Shown: positions 24,502-38,939, counted from the whole stretch's first letter. The stretch is 57,844 nucleotides of DNA, filler included, from Sphacelaria rigidula (GCA_964200075.2; 9 parts of 9 records of this genome joined end to end with filler, not necessarily neighbours in it), one strand, 5' to 3'. Numbers and translations are program-made. The notes: generated by a model from the sequence alone, not told the origin.

Positions 24502-26929
24502 GTGAGTGTCTCCACCAAGTGTTCATCATGGCCTGTTCCCAGAAATGTAGTACATGTAATTGACCGTGCCTGCGAATGCGGGCGTGACGGTTGCGACTTT
24601 CAACACATGTGTGCGTTGAAGGGACGCTAGGCGTGAACATCGTCGATGCTCCTCTATCTGGCCACTGATATTGAGATATGAGTGCACGAGCATGAGAAGT
24701 GCTCCGAGATTACCAATATCCAGGTGCTCTGAGATGTGCGTGGGGTTTTTCTTGTGTTCATATCGCGAGTGCGATAGTGTGAAATTCTAGCATGTACTTT
24801 GTGGACGTTGGTAGGAGGTAACATAGAGGGTAGACACCGTGGTTTGTCTGATCGAACTGACCGGTACCCTCAAGTAGAGCGGTCTGACTGTTTTCCTTTT
24901 CAGTATTTGTGTCTTATTTTCTGTTCCGATAACTGTTATCTGAAAATGAATAGCAAAATTCACTCACATGACCTCACTCTTCGCGTCATTTGCTGACGGA
25001 TTTTGAATTGTGTGGGAGTCGTGACCGCGCTGCATCGAGTTCGGTGAGTCAGTCAAGGCAACCGTTTCCAATGCCGTCGTTCGACAAAATATTTCACCTC
25101 GTCGAAGTCTGATACATCGGCTTGGTAGAGCTGGCTTGAGTTACTAACACCAACGCTTTCATCGCCAAGTCTCGTTTGGGTATTAGGTTCCTGACTGACA
25201 GCCTCGCGGGATATTTTTGGTGGGGGGTGGTATTTGGGGTGTTGGAATGATCCGGGAGCAATACTAAGATTGTACCAATACTGTATCAAGATGCTCACAA
25301 ATGGACCCGGCGCGAAGGCGGCAATCGATCTCAGTGCCCTCCTTTTTCGGCGCATGTCCGTTATCAGATTGGGTCAGCCGTTAGCCAGTGCCAGTGCAAC
25401 CGTGGGCTTTCGTTCCAACACACGGTTCCAAGAGTGACCAAAAAAAGCCCTGGGCCCACTATCCTCCCCTCCCCTGCCCTTGGTGGGGCGATCCCCCTGG
25501 TCTTATGACTATGGCATTCATGATCATGAGTACCCCCCCCTGGCGGTAGCCCGACGTGCTCCGTCCCGGCTTTGCAGGGATGCGAGGTCAATGGTCTTGT
25601 GACTACGGCACGCAAGCTCCTGAGAAAACCCCCCCCCCGCCACAGCCCAGCCCCNNNNNNNNNNNNNNNNNNNNNNNNNNNNNNNNNNNNNNNNNNNNTT
25701 AATTAATTAANNNNNNNNNNNNNNNNNNNNNNNNNNNNNNNNNNNNNNNNNNNNCCATAACGAAATATTGAAAAGAAAATAGTATAAAAAATCTGTGATA
25801 CTCGGCGATGTGTGCGATACGAGTTATTAGCAGTGGGGGGGTAAGAAAAATTTAGGCATAATGGCGCCATTTGTCCGTGACATGAAGAGCCAACACATCT
25901 CATGTCTACCCGCTAACCATCACCCAACACAGTAGCAATCATCTACAAGTGGCTAATCACCGCATCCCCACTCAAATTAACGAAAAAGGCAAGAATCACC
26001 GACAAACCAGAAGACCACACATATCCGATACCATAGCATGCGGGAATTATGCTAATGCCTCGCACCGCAGTCATAATTCAATTCATGAGTAGACTGCGAA
26101 GACTTACCGGCTAGGACACGTGACCTTGTTTTAACCCTTTTGGAACCTCGAGTCAAAATGATGCCGATTCACGAAAAAAAAAATCGTCAGTGGGTTCCAA
26201 GAGGGTCAACGACGCCGAGTATTCAAGGGGCACAGATCAGCGCCTCCTCGTCTGACTATGTGCAGTCATGATCCAGCACGACCGGAGTGAGAGAGCAAAA
26301 ACCTCGCTGTTTTTGCCCACGTTATCCAAAACATGGAACCATAGACAACATTTGCTACTTTAATTTTTCTTCCTCTTTCGGGGGTTTCGTGTTCCTTCGG
26401 TCCATTATCTCAATCAAATCATGGCCAATACGATTCCGATAAATTTCTTAGACAAAATTTTGCTGGCCTTTTTCCCCCCGAAATGACGTCATGAATGATG
26501 AAACGTCACCCCTTTCGCAAGAACAACATTTTTTCGACAGATCAAACTGTGCTGCCATTTTTTGTCCTCCAATCAAAAATTGCGTGCAACTACTCTCTCG
26601 CCCCCTCCCCTTCCTCGATGTGTGGAACCCAATACCGATGCACACTAAGCTGCGAGTAGCACCAAACCACGCATACTTTGTTTTCGCTCCACAGCAGGCG
26701 CTACGCGAATTATTTAGTCTTGTTCCACTATTCAGCCGCACAAAGCAAAAAAAGAAAAAAGAAAAAAGGAAACATAATCTCCATAGAACGCATGACTTGC
26801 ATCATGATGATCATCATTTTCCAACTCCCCTTCCTTTTACCGCATTCAAGTATATTTTCCCTCTCCCCCCCAAAAAACTAAAAGCTGACGGAAATCCCCA
26901 ATGTCCACACGTCAATCATCAGTCATCAC

Positions 26930-27078
26930 CTGGCGGTCCATAAAGCAATACCCCCTTCGATGGCGCCCGAAGACCAGTGAACAAGTCTGGTCGAAGGTTC
27001 GGCAAAATGACTGTCTCCTGCAGTGTCTGCTTCGCATACGATAGCCCGGCGATGGAATCCCACTCCACTCCGGGAGAC
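26930..27078 (-). CDS. SPAST: Spastin-like microtubule-severing AAA ATPase, exon leading into Walker A
   Basis: cag|[50 protein letters not shown]|gtgatg. [12 protein letters not shown] is typical of spastin; fidgetin-like is not fully excluded. Confidence 0.88.
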
Positions 27079-27648
27079 CTGTAACATGGTTGGTTGAATT
27101 CATTGATTGGTCGGTTGACTGTCGAAGATTAACCTATTCGCTACGAATACAGCCATCGTCATTAGATAGACGCACCCAGGGTGAAAAAAACTGAAGCACT
27201 CCCTCAAGGAAACTCAAGAAGGGAAAAAAACAAGCATGCACCGGGCAAATATTTGTCTCCCCCCACAAACATACACCTACACATGCGTCGGAAAAAGGGT
27301 AAGGGCTCGTCCAGAAGGATTCGGGAACGTTCCTCCTGAAACCGATGGACGGTCCACCACCTCGGGCTATTGTGCTTAGGGGGTCCGGCAGTGGCTTCAG
27401 TAGAGAAAGAGAGAGACAAAGTTTTGCTATTTGGCCAAACATATATATATGGCGGGGGAGAATATGGCAAAATACTTGGCTGTTAGCTAGCTTGCGCCAC
27501 CCAGGGTGTTTCGGTGCGTAGGGACTGCGCACCACTTCACCCTTTCTCCGTAGTCGCTGCCTTATTTTTCCTTCACCACGTATCCCTTTGCCGCGCGCCC
27601 CGGTGGTCAGCCTAGTGGGCCCATGAAGTATTTTCGAGAGGATTGTTC

Positions 27649-27863
27649 CAGGGCGCGTATCGTTACACGTCACAACATTCGTTACACGCCAAAAGTTAAG
27701 CATCGGGACAGGCTAATACTAAGGTGGGGGACCACCACGTGGGCAGCCCTGTTCAGAGTCAAATCAAATCACCGTTCCCCACGTGCTCCCCCACCGTAGT
27801 ACTAACCTGGCTTAGCTTTTGGCGTGTCAGGAAATTTTGTGACGTGTAACGATAAGTGCCCTG
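27649..27863. mobile_element. hAT-like MITE, 215 bp
   Basis: Long TIR CAGGGC...TATCGTTACACGTCACAA. 8-bp TSD GATTGTTC / GATTTTTC (7/8 match). Confidence 0.82.
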
Positions 27864-30393
27864 GATTTTTCATATCTTTACATTGCGTCAGTTTTGCTGT
27901 CACCCAATTCATTCCTCGGGACGACAGTCCGTAGTTTCGGTGGATCAACCCAGCTAGCTATTGTAGCTCTATCCACCGCGCAGGCCCGGGGTATCGCGGA
28001 ATTCAATAAAGTACAGTCATTCCGCACCGCGTCAAGTCTCGTCGACTTTGTTCTTCGCTTCCCGCGTTTTCAGGCGTACGACGACGGACAGAAGACTCTG
28101 CTCGAGAAAACCGTGCCTGTCGACAATCGAATCCGCATACTATTCTCCCCAACGAGCTGGGCCAGCCTAGAAGCGGGTTTGTAGTTTGCAGGCCCATTAT
28201 CGCCTCAATTTTGTGAATAGAGCATAATAAAAAACATACATTTATAGCCACAAAGATTTATTTTCCCCATGATTTAACGGCATTTTACTGAAACCTGAAA
28301 AGTGATTATGGCCTTTAACTCACGGATAATATATATATATATATATACGGGTCTGTAAATAAATAATTTTCAAATGCCATATTCATTGTTCATATAATGT
28401 GTTAGGGTCCAACTCTAAAAGTTGAGGTGAGAATGCGCCGTTTTGTGACTGGGTCGGTAGAAATTCGGAACAGTATTTTGCAGGCAACTTATCGGCCCAG
28501 GTTTGTGAATTGTTACTTGTGTACTGAAATCTTGTGTGGGACCTACCTCGCCAGGGCATAATGAACCAAGAGAGTGGGTCAGGTTGTTTTTTATTTGTTT
28601 ATTCACTGTTTTAGGGCGTTTTAATATGGTAGCGACCATTATTTCACGAGAACGCCGTAACCTCTCTCGAAAACAAAATTGAAGGCACATTTGTTTATTC
28701 ATTCAGCATGCCTTTGCGATCCTCCATGAAAAAAATTTAATCCTAAAAATTGAGCTCGAAAACTGAGATAATGTCCAACAGCGATGTTAATTTTCCCTCA
28801 AAACTCCCTGAGAAAGACGAAAAAATGGGGGAAATATGTAAAGAAAATGAAAAAAACTGTTTTCTATTTCGCTTTGTTTTTTTTTTCACTAGCGATTCTC
28901 CACACGAATTTCCAAATCACAACTCTCCAAGACTGAGACGCGATATTCAGGTTTAGTGTACTTGGTGCCTGTGCTCAGTGTACGCGAACAGTCGACATGA
29001 CATCCTCCACTTGGAGGATCTCCGACTTTTGTCGTCCATTGAAAAAAAAAAAAAAACGAATGATGACCACCGATAGACAGGTGGACATGTTGATCATAAT
29101 AGCTTACTGTACACTGAAGAGTTTTCAACGAGAATTTCAAGGGTTCTCGGGAAAAAGAGCCTGTACCGGAAAAATGTTTTTTCAGTTGAAATGAGTCTCA
29201 TGTGCTCTTTCTACCAGATCTGTTTGATATGTCCTAAGTAAATCCAGCGAAAGCACTTTGGGTCAACCATCAGGATTTTCAAAACTGATTTTCCCAAGTT
29301 TTGTTCCGCTCACCTGGGAAAGAGAAGCACTTGTAGTCTTTCAACAATCTCAACTTTTCAGCAATTCCCGGTAGTTAGGGCGAATCGCTTTCGGGGGGCG
29401 AAGGATTCTGCTAAACAAACGGTCGGGAAGCCATCTGCATCAGATGTCCACTTTGGAAATCGAACTGTAATACTGCGCAGATATTGGAGCGACTTCGAAT
29501 ATGAAGACGACAACATCAACCTCATTTTAATCCCGGACTGATACTCATGTGTCATTCTCGGCAGTTAATCCTTTGGTTACTGGCCCTGGAAACATGTGGA
29601 TTTCGAGGTATTATTGTTTAAACGGCGTACGGTTGGATTTCTACCCTTTTTCACGCACAACTGTTAGCCCGGTTCGTGTTTATTAGGTCCGTATATAATT
29701 GTGCCCCAGTGAGGCACGGGACTCAGTGTACAGGAAATAGACAGGTGGTGCCGGCTTTTGTTTGTATAGACTTTAGGAACGCGAGTGCTGGTTTTGGCTG
29801 AGTGGACAAACTCAAACAAACTCAACCTGTTGCGTCCCCTCACTGGACAAAACTAATCTGACCGCACCGGGGTGACGTTTTCGGTGCGCGCATGACGAAT
29901 ACTGGTGGATTCTTCTGTGGCCTTCTGCTGTAAAAATGGTTGCCGTCGGTCGTCTCTGTTCCCATATTTTCCCCTCCATCAGGGCCTGAAATAATGAGGC
30001 GTCTGGCCCGGAGGACAGAAGAGGAGGATTCCTGAAGAGTTAAGGAGGCGTTTTCGCGTTCTCAATCACGTCGGTTTTGTTTGCAGATTTCTAGTTCTTC
30101 CCCCCAAATCCTTTTTGTTGTGAAGAAGACAGAAGAAAAAGAAAGTTCCATCTCAGATTATTTTGAAGCTTTTTTTCGTTGTGTCCAAATAGTCCTCAGG
30201 TTCCCAACCATTATTTTGGACAAGAATCCAGATTTTGGGATGTTGTCGAGTGAGTACCCGTACAACAGTTCTATCGATGTACACGTACCACCAGCATGTA
30301 CCGAGGGGGGGGGGCGGGGGATATGGGTTGATCCCTTGGGAGCATGGCCTCGTCTCGAGGGAGGGAAGAGAGGGAAGAGAGTGAGAACATATA

Positions 30394-30988
30394 CTTCCTC
30401 TGTCTCATAAGTCTATGCAATTATGTTCGTATGAGCCCTTTACGATGTGCGATTTAATTTTCGATTTTTTGGTTGCATTCGTTGGTGTTTTTCGAGTTAA
30501 AAGCAATACTCTTTCTGCAACATGGGTGCTTGACCCGTGCAGCCTCGCGACCGAGAAAAATTGGGTCGGTCAAAATATGGCCATTTTTCGCTGTTTTCCC
30601 TAGTAAAGCATAGCAGGCCCGAAAATAGCGAAAAATCGTGAAAAAAGTGTCAAAACCGCAAAACCACCACTGATATGGATATCTCCGTGACGTTAACCTA
30701 CGCACGCCCTATCAAACAAATTTTCAGGATGAGATCGCTATTGCTCGACGGGAAAATGTCCAAAATCGGTCAACATTGGGGTATAAGTGGACCAAAAAGG
30801 GCCAAAATGGGGTATATTTTGACCTGAAATTAGCATTGAAAACAAGTTTTTTTTTTCTCTTTTATTTTTTAGTCAGCTTCATCTGCGCGTTATCTCTCTA
30901 GCGAACCCAACTGTAGGATGATCGTCAGCGTTGAAAAACCCAAACGATCAAACGCCCATAACTGCACAGACTTATGAGACAGAGGAAG
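30394..30988. mobile_element. Tc1/mariner (Stowaway-like) MITE, 595 bp
   Basis: TIR CTTCCTCTGTCTCATAAGTCT / AGACTTATGAGACAGAGGAAG with TA on both flanks. Confidence 0.88.
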
Positions 30989-31329
30989 TATATACATAGA
31001 GAGAGAGTACAAGCTTTCATGGGCTGGACGAATTAGCCATTCGTCTGGAAATTACTTGATTTTAGTGTCATTAATTCGTACCGTATGAATCAATCCTTAG
31101 GCTTCGTTTTCAGCGTTGCAACCCAAGCACGCACAGCTGAGGCACGTGGAATGGCGCAAAAATTGCGCGGAGACCTCCTTGATCAGCGGTCAACTTTTTC
31201 TTTTTTTTCGCGAAATTAGGCCTCAAATATCGTGTATTTGGTGATAAAAACCGGCGATGATTCCTCCGAACTGTGCAAGCTTGAGCTTCCCACTTCGTTC
31301 GTTTTTCACGTTTTCCACAGGTGACTCAC

Positions 31330-31456
31330 CTATCTAGCATGTCCGCCATAATGTTTTGCTCCAATTCTGTCAGCGGGCTTGTATCCCATGCGGCTGCCCC
31401 TGCCGCCGACGCCCCCCCCCTCCCATCATTAACCCTCGCGCCGACGCCATCAGCCC
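31330..31456 (-). CDS. SPAST: Spastin-like gene, upstream exon
   Basis: ...WDTSPLTELEQNIMADMLDR|gtgagt joins in phase 2 to [11 protein letters not shown] across a 4.25-kb intron. Confidence 0.85.
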
Positions 31457-31924
31457 CTTGAGTGGGCATAACGAAAACATTATAAGCGAGAGAGTCAAGA
31501 CAGGCCGAGAAAAACCCACAGAAACATCGACAGAGAGATGGGAATAGACAGAGAATCCAGACAGTCCGCAGACAAACACATACACGCGCAACCAGGACGG
31601 GAGGCGGAGAGTCAAGACAGAAAATAGATTAATAGACTACAACGCACGGAGGAAGACACGAGAGGCAAAACGCACACGCACGCATATCAAACACGCACAC
31701 AAAAAACAGGTGAAAAAGCACAGCAAAAAAGCACAGACAGACCCACCGACAGACAGACAGGCAATCAGACAGAAACAAACAGAGACATAGAAAAACATAG
31801 AGATCCATCGAAAGGACACACACGCACACAATGACACGCCCGAACATACACGCGGAGCTAGCTAAACACATACCAAACACCGGAATAAACTCTTAATAAA
31901 AAGGCCAGTGATAAACGGAGTGGG

Positions 31925-32092
31925 GTGGGGCGTACTCATTTGTTGTTTGCTTCAGTCGTGTGACCTTTGACCCCGCATCCCTTTCGAGACGGAGCACCGG
32001 GGGGGGGGGGAGGCGTACTCATTTGTTGCTTGCCTTAGTCGTTTGGCCATTGACCGCGCATCCCTTTCGAGACGGAGCACGCACCGAGGGGG
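31925..32092. repeat. ~80-bp G-run-bounded repeat, two tandem copies
   Basis: GCGTACTCATTTGTTG...GACCGCGCATCCCTTTCGAGACGG. Reverse-complement copies at ~38660-38740 and ~51595-51670. Confidence 0.8.
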
Positions 32093-34213
32093 NNNNNNNN
32101 NNNNNNNNNNNNNNNNNNNNNNNNNNNNNNNNNNNNTTAATTAATTAANNNNNNNNNNNNNNNNNNNNNNNNNNNNNNNNNNNNNNNNNNNNGGCACGTT
32201 TGTATATTAGCATTTGTACATGAGGGAAGCACCGCTTTGACGGGCTGCAGCATCGGGTGGCGAGTTTGCCAAGCCACACCGTACATACAGCATAGTATGG
32301 CCGAACCCAGCGAAATCCCGCCACCACATGTGGAATGCACAGTGGGTTGTGCGGGCGGTACATGGCGGGCGTAATCGCAGGCGTCCGAACAGGCGATATA
32401 CATGTACACGGGAGGGAGCCAACGGACACCGCCTACCGTAATCAGGCCACATGAAAAACACTACAGTCAGTAACTACAGTAGGTTACAGTATTGACTTGC
32501 GGCTACACTCCGTGCAAGATAAATATGGGCATGTCGTGAAAAGTCGGCCACGAGAGGAGACGGCACGAGACGGTAGCGGTACCCGGCGTCATGAATCTGA
32601 TGCAGCATGAAGTATGTCTGTGCAACGGTCGGGAACGATCAACCCGCGGTTAGATGTGGTGGGGCAACTGTGCCTTTCGCTACGCCGTTGTGTAATAGTC
32701 AGCCCGAAGTATGATGTTGTCGGCACGTACTTGGCAGAGCGCAGCTCTGCGTATGCCCCGCATTTTACAGAGATATTTTCAAAATACAATACAGACATGA
32801 CACAAAGCAGTAAGGTATCACCCCTGGGGCGACGGCACGTGGCAGACTCTACATCACAGTGACGGCGCATAACTGCAGGGCACATGGCGTCTGCGTCGCC
32901 TTTACCCATTTTTCAAAGGGCGGGATGGTGCTGTCAAGATTACCCCAGACTGCTGTAAACACACCCAGTAATGTACAGGGCAGTGTCGCAGCACCCCCGG
33001 CGGCACGGAAAGGTGACTGCCTGGGATTGTATTACACCGCCAGTTCATACATTTAGCGGATGTGCCATCGGCGTTGCCTTTGTTGCTATGACACTGCAAA
33101 GAGTATAAACCGCACTGGGCAGGGCGTGCAGGTCAGGCGGGAAGCATGCTTCACAGAGGCCTGCCGCGCACTGTGGCCGGGGCAGGAACTCCTGAGTGTA
33201 AAAAAAAACGCCGACGGGTCGCAGCAAGAAAATAGGAAACCTTCTCTTGTTCCACTTGTCACTCGTACGGGTCTGCAAAATACGCGTTTGGCCAAAATTG
33301 TTGCGTCCAACCTGTGAACCATCAACCATATCTTGCTCAAAAACCGTCAATTGCAAATGATCATTTTTCCATTGTGAGTTCCAAAAGGGTTAATACACCA
33401 CGTGCCCTGTAGCACTATAGAGACGTTAGACAGCATCAGTGCGGGTAATTCGTTTTGTGTCTCGCTGCATATGCTTTTCATGTGCGTTGGGGCACGATTT
33501 CATCGCTCCGGCATGCGTGCTAAGCGTGCTGTACCATCGACTCTACAGCAGAAATCACACTTGCAAAAACAACACATGAGATGGAAGATGACCAGACTGA
33601 CACGACGTGTCCTTTTTTCTTGAAGACCGTGCGGGGTAACAAATTACACTACTAGTCAAGTGGCAATCAAGTAGCGATCAAAAGCTCCACTCACGCGCTT
33701 CGCACCGACGCCGATTCTACGTGCGCATTCGTAGTTGGTGTCGAGAAAAAATCGCAAAAAAAAGAAAAAAATATATATTTTCTCTCGAGATAAATGATAG
33801 CATATTCTGTAGCCCTTAATCCGACATTGCACATATTATTATTTGTGGGTTGGAAAATCCTTGAAAAGAGCTTTCATTCGATAAAGGTTCGTGTACGGTG
33901 GCTCATAATCCCACCCTAGGTAAAGAAACAGAGATTGTATAGTACCAGCAAACTGATTTCCGTCACTGTAAGGTACTTGGATCGGCAAGATGAGATCCTC
34001 TCTTGAACCGGCATCATATTTGCCCTTGATGTGTAACTACCAATACCCGGATTACCAACCCCGGGGGTTAATGGGTTAAAAACAGCACGAGGGCTATGCC
34101 ACAACACTAACTAAACAATCCACGATACACCGGATGATTCATCACAAAACACCGCTGGGAAACAACGACGACCCAGCCACAACCATGACGATACACACAA
34201 TAAGCAAACCCAC

Positions 34214-34339
34214 CTCAGAGTCATCCGCAGCTCTTTGTGCGCGTCGGCCTTGCACCCCCGCCCCTGTCGTGCTCCTAGTCAACGCAGGGAATGTTACCAG
34301 TACACTCGACATATTGTCGCGGCTCCCCTTAAACAAGCA
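34214..34339 (-). CDS. Protein phosphatase 2C (PPM1A/B-like), C-terminal catalytic exon
   Basis: cag|CLFKGSRDNMSSVLVTFPAL...ADDSE|gtgggt contains the PP2C motif GSxDN. 126 nt, phase 0. Confidence 0.92.
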
Positions 34340-36805
34340 CTGCGTGGTGGTGGTAGTTCGCGGGCAATGCATGGGTGGGGCGGGGCAGGGGGACTTCTGG
34401 TGATCCATGATCTTGCGTACCGTCTGTGACGCCAGCAGGTTGCTAGTACTGCAGCGTCTAATGCTGTTGAGGGACTCCCCAGTTCCACTGGCCTCAAGTT
34501 TCAGTTGTTAGCCTTCACAACACCTTTTATTATCCTGGAGTGCCACACAGGCACATGCTCCATCAACCACATCAGAGTATCACCCTGTGTCCATGTCATT
34601 ATCCATATCATCATCCCTAACATCACTATGTACTCAACGTGACGGCGTGATTTCGTCACACGTCGCAATAAGGCCATTGACCTTCGATCTCTACGAACCC
34701 GGAACGGGGCACGCCGGATTTTCGCCGGACCATGCTCGCAATGCATCATCAAGCGCGAAGCGCCATGGTGTGTTCGGCGAGTCGCATGAGGGATAATCTG
34801 CATCCTACCAAAATCGTTTGGCCCGGAGAGAACAAATTATCTTGCACATAAATGATAGCCTCCAATGAGTTGCTTCACTTTCTGGTGTCGCGACCTCCAC
34901 GAAGGGGGAGGGGGGGAGGGTGCAGTACCGGTAACTGTTTTCATCCTCCATGTGAACCAGTAGCCTGATTCTAGTTCTTCTGTAACCTGTCTGACACATG
35001 ACTAATACAACATCGCCTCACGACAGAAGCTATCGGTTATATTGTACAATATGACAAGCTATACTCGACACGCGGAAAATAATGAGAGATTTAGTGAATT
35101 CAGAGCACGACAGTTTTTTTTTTGTGTTCTTTCGGCATTCGTGCACGCAGACACATAATTTTTTCGCACAAATTCCACCGTCACTTCAATTTTACTCCAC
35201 CAACTCCTCCCCCTAGAGAACGACGATGATTTCAATCATGACCCTGCCTTGGCCCATGACTCTCTTACAAGCTAACTCTTATCCTTCGAGGGGTGAGGCA
35301 CTTCTGATTGTCTTGGGCAAGCATGTAACGATCAACGCAGACAATATGATATTTCGAATAACTCGACCTTCAAGTGCATGATAAGTTCAAGTATGTACAC
35401 AGGTCCAGATTCAAGCAACGTTTCATCTTTGGGATACTTGAAAAGATAATAAGAAAATCTCCTCGAAAGGGGTGGGAAGGGGGCGGGGCGGAGGGAGGAG
35501 GGGGGGGGGGGGGTATGCATAATTAATGAGCTAGGAGTGCATGTAAAAAACAGTTTGGAGCTGCAACAGTCATACACCACAAGACCAAACCTGAGCGCCA
35601 AAGAGCGGGTACAAATGCCATTGCATAAAATAGGAAATCATATTTGGGCCGTCAGTATGTACACCTGTCAAGCTAGGGGCTGGAGCAAAGTGTGGCGAAA
35701 CAGAAACGATGCAAACAACTCATTTGGCACGTTATTTCAAGCGAGGTGTTTTTTCGGAATAAAAAATCGCTTCCAACATTTGCGCCATAGTTTTCCTCTT
35801 ACTGTACCCCTACTACAGTCTCTGCTGGGCAACAGCATATATTCACTCGTTGACGTTCCGACCTACTGTGCCGTGTTTCACATTCGTAGCTGTCAGTGAC
35901 TGCCAGCATGTTGGGGTCCGGGACAATGAGACTACCATCAGCTACATACGAGACATTGAGAAAACTGGCGAATACATACGCTTGAGCCCAGGGGTCTTGT
36001 CAAAAACATATTTCAGGACACGTAGACCCCAAGATCGAAAATTCGAGTTTCCGAGGGGAGGGGGGGGGACACCCAGCCCGCTGTCCCCCAGTTTATTGCC
36101 GAGGCGTTGGCGGGTGCGGTCAGCTGCCGTGTACAGAGATCCTTGGCATGGAGACCGCTGAGATGACGGACACACCGCCCCTCCAAGCTCATCACCTATC
36201 ATGAATACATTCATGGGATCATGTTCCGTGTCGTATGCCTTGACTACCCACCACTAGTAGCCCGGGCAAATTTGGCGAGGCGTGAGATGGTGTTGCTACT
36301 TTGCCTACAGACTGTCGCTACCGTGCCGTGCGTTGCATATAGATGTGTGTGAGGGTTGCCGGCATCCGAGTCATAGGAACAGGGCGGGAAAGGATCAGAA
36401 CAAATCTCGCAAAGCCCGCCAGAATTTCTGGTTTTTGTCAGTGTTTGTTCATCAATATATTTCGACAATTGCAGCAAAAAATTAAGAAAATTCACGAAGA
36501 AATCACAAAAATAATGTCGAAAATCATGACAATGAAAAAAAAATGCTTTCGGGAGGAGGAGGAGGGGGGGGGGGGGGGCTCCGTGTCCGAATTCTTTCTC
36601 TCGACAGACCCTTGTTGCGCCCTCAATTTACACCCAAACGAAAAAACGAGATTCAAGATTTGTAAGGGTGAGGTCAGGATCGGCGTACAGCACATGGATG
36701 CAGAGAGCAGGACATCCTCCACGACACGGGAGGCCAGCGGCCCTCCCGTACCATATTGGGCATTTTCTTCAGGACAAGAATAATAATGAAGAAGAATCCA
36801 CTCAC

Positions 36806-36886
36806 CATGTCTAGAATCTCCTCGCACACCAACCCAACGTTGCTCTCTCCTTCCAAGAAAATCTCTCGCACGGCCTGTGTGCAGTC
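36806..36886 (-). CDS. PP2C upstream exon
   Basis: cag|DCTQAVREIFLEGESNVGLVCEEILDM|gtgagt splices in frame to give CEEILDMCLFKGSRDNMS. Confidence 0.92.
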
Positions 36887-36916
36887 CTGCCGTTATGCAA
36901 TAAAACAACGGTGACA

Positions 36917-36987
<71 letters not shown>
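36917..36987. repeat. (CAA)n microsatellite just upstream of a PP2C acceptor
   Basis: Directly visible. Confidence 0.98.
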
Positions 36988-37346
36988 CACGCCTGCACGG
37001 AAGACAAAAAAAAGAGTGAGTGATTTGTTGTAACAATTCATCGAAGTTAATATTTTTTTGTTTCCCACACGACTTTGTTGAAGGATTTGGGGGGTGCGAT
37101 TCAAAACTCTTGACAGAAGAGTCAAGAGTCAGACATGCGGTCAAACACTGGATGGTCGGCTGAAAGCCATATAGTACGCTTTACGACTTAATGTGGGCGC
37201 ATAAATTGACATGGTCAATTAGCAATGGATCAGTGAGACAATAAACATCATCTCGTCAAATCCTGCGAAGTACAGAACAAGAAAGAACATTGGTTGTAGT
37301 GTTTACTATTTTCATTATATATTTCACCCCCTCCCCCCGTCTCCCT

Positions 37347-37597
37347 CCAAGGGTTGGCGTCGGTTGGCAACGACGCTATACAACACGCAACTCACCGCGT
37401 AAGCTAGGCAACTAGGTTATCGTTCTTCTTCTCGCTTGCGTTTTTTTGCGGTAACCTCATATCGGTTGTTGATTATGTCCTTAGTCGGTTGTTCTGCGGT
37501 ACCCACTGGTGTGTGACTGTATCTACTCTGCTGCCCTGAATCCCTTGGGCCTTTTTCTTTTTTTTCTTCTCTTTTCCTTTTCCCCCATCGTCTCATT

Positions 37598-37649
<52 letters not shown>

Positions 37650-37659
37650 TTTCTGTCTT

Positions 37660-37701
<42 letters not shown>

Positions 37702-37902
37702 CTTGTTGTCACGACTTAGTCTGCTTTGCCGTTCTGTTCGACCCCTCTTTTTTTCTCTTCTTTTTTTTTTCTGTTCCTGTTCCTGTTTTTTCTTTTTCCC
37801 TTAGAGCGTGCTTCAGTTTCGTTTTTCTTGGGTACGTCTATCATGACACCACGGCTGGACCCCTGGGGGGTCAGTTAAAGTGCGACAATCAATCAACCAA
37901 CC
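37347..37902 (+). mobile_element. 3' end of a non-LTR retrotransposon (T-rich UTR, (AATC)n tail)
   Basis: Ends CGGCTGGACCCCTGGGGGGTCAG..GTGCGACAATCAATCAA. The same terminus recurs as a short insertion at 40155-40212. Confidence 0.6.
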
Positions 37903-38019
37903 ATGATGGCAGTCGAGTGGGATCACTCTGTGCGGGGTGGGAGAACCTCAACTCCGCGCAAAGTAGATGATCGTACTACGTAGTGTTCAAATGGTGAGAC
38001 ATCCGCGAGGCAATGTGTA

Positions 38020-38530
38020 CGCCGCGGCTGTCTCTGGAAGTAGCGAGACTAGAAAATGAAGCAACCCATTCGACACTGTCACCCATGTGCAAGATAATTA
38101 GTAGGCTTCGGGCCGAACAATGTCAGCAGGATGGAGGTCACTCCTCATGCTACTCGCCGAACATACCACGTCTCTTCGCGCGTGAATGCGAGGTTGGTCC
38201 GGCGAAAGCTCGGTGTGCTCCGTCCCGGCTTCGTTGGGATGCAAGGCCGATGGTCTCCAACTATGACATGCAAGATCATGAGGACCCCACCCCCCCCCCC
38301 ACCCGGTCCATCGTAAACCTGAGTGGGTAGTCCTGAAAAAATCAAACGCATTTCTCCTCCGGTACCTGCCCGGCCGAGGGGCCCCATATCAGGAAATCCA
38401 TGCACCACCCCCTCTTTCGCCGCACAAACCTCATTCCGGAGTTGGATGGGGGGGAGGGGGGTACTCATGATCATGCGTGCCATAGTCATAAGACCATTGA
38501 CCTCGCATTCCTACAATGCCGGGACGTAGC
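38020..38530. repeat. Dispersed GC-rich repeat family
   Basis: Homologous pieces at ~25480-25640, ~34620-34920 (inverted) and ~57688-57720 (identical AGGGGCCCCATATCAGGAAATCCATGCACCACC). Confidence 0.75.
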
Positions 38531-38939
38531 NNNNNNNNNNNNNNNNNNNNNNNNNNNNNNNNNNNNNNNNNNNNTTAATTAATTAANNNNNNNNNNNNNN
38601 NNNNNNNNNNNNNNNNNNNNNNNNNNNNNNACATGAAACAATATATATACCCCCCCCCCCCGAACAACTGTCTCGAAAGGGATGCGTGGTCAATGGTCAA
38701 ACGACTAAGGCAGGCAACAAATGAGTACGCCCCCCCCCCGAACAATTCAACCTTCTTGATCTCTCTGCGGTGTACGGGACTTAAGCAGCGTACGTGTGTA
38801 TATCAACGCAGAAATCCTGGGTTAAATCGGTTCGAGAATCATGGACAACAACGAAAAAATAGCTGATTTGAGTTTAATTATTTCATAACGACCCGTACCC
38901 ATGAACTCGGTGCCATATTGATATTCGATATTGATACAT

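Noticed and set aside
33045..33192. Possible terminal PP2C exon (EFLPRPQCAAG...PLNV*)
   Set aside because: The acceptor and phase fit, but no homology supports it.
14132..36886. CIAO1, LRR, spastin and PP2C as a gene cluster
   Set aside because: Each lies on a different, unrelated contig.
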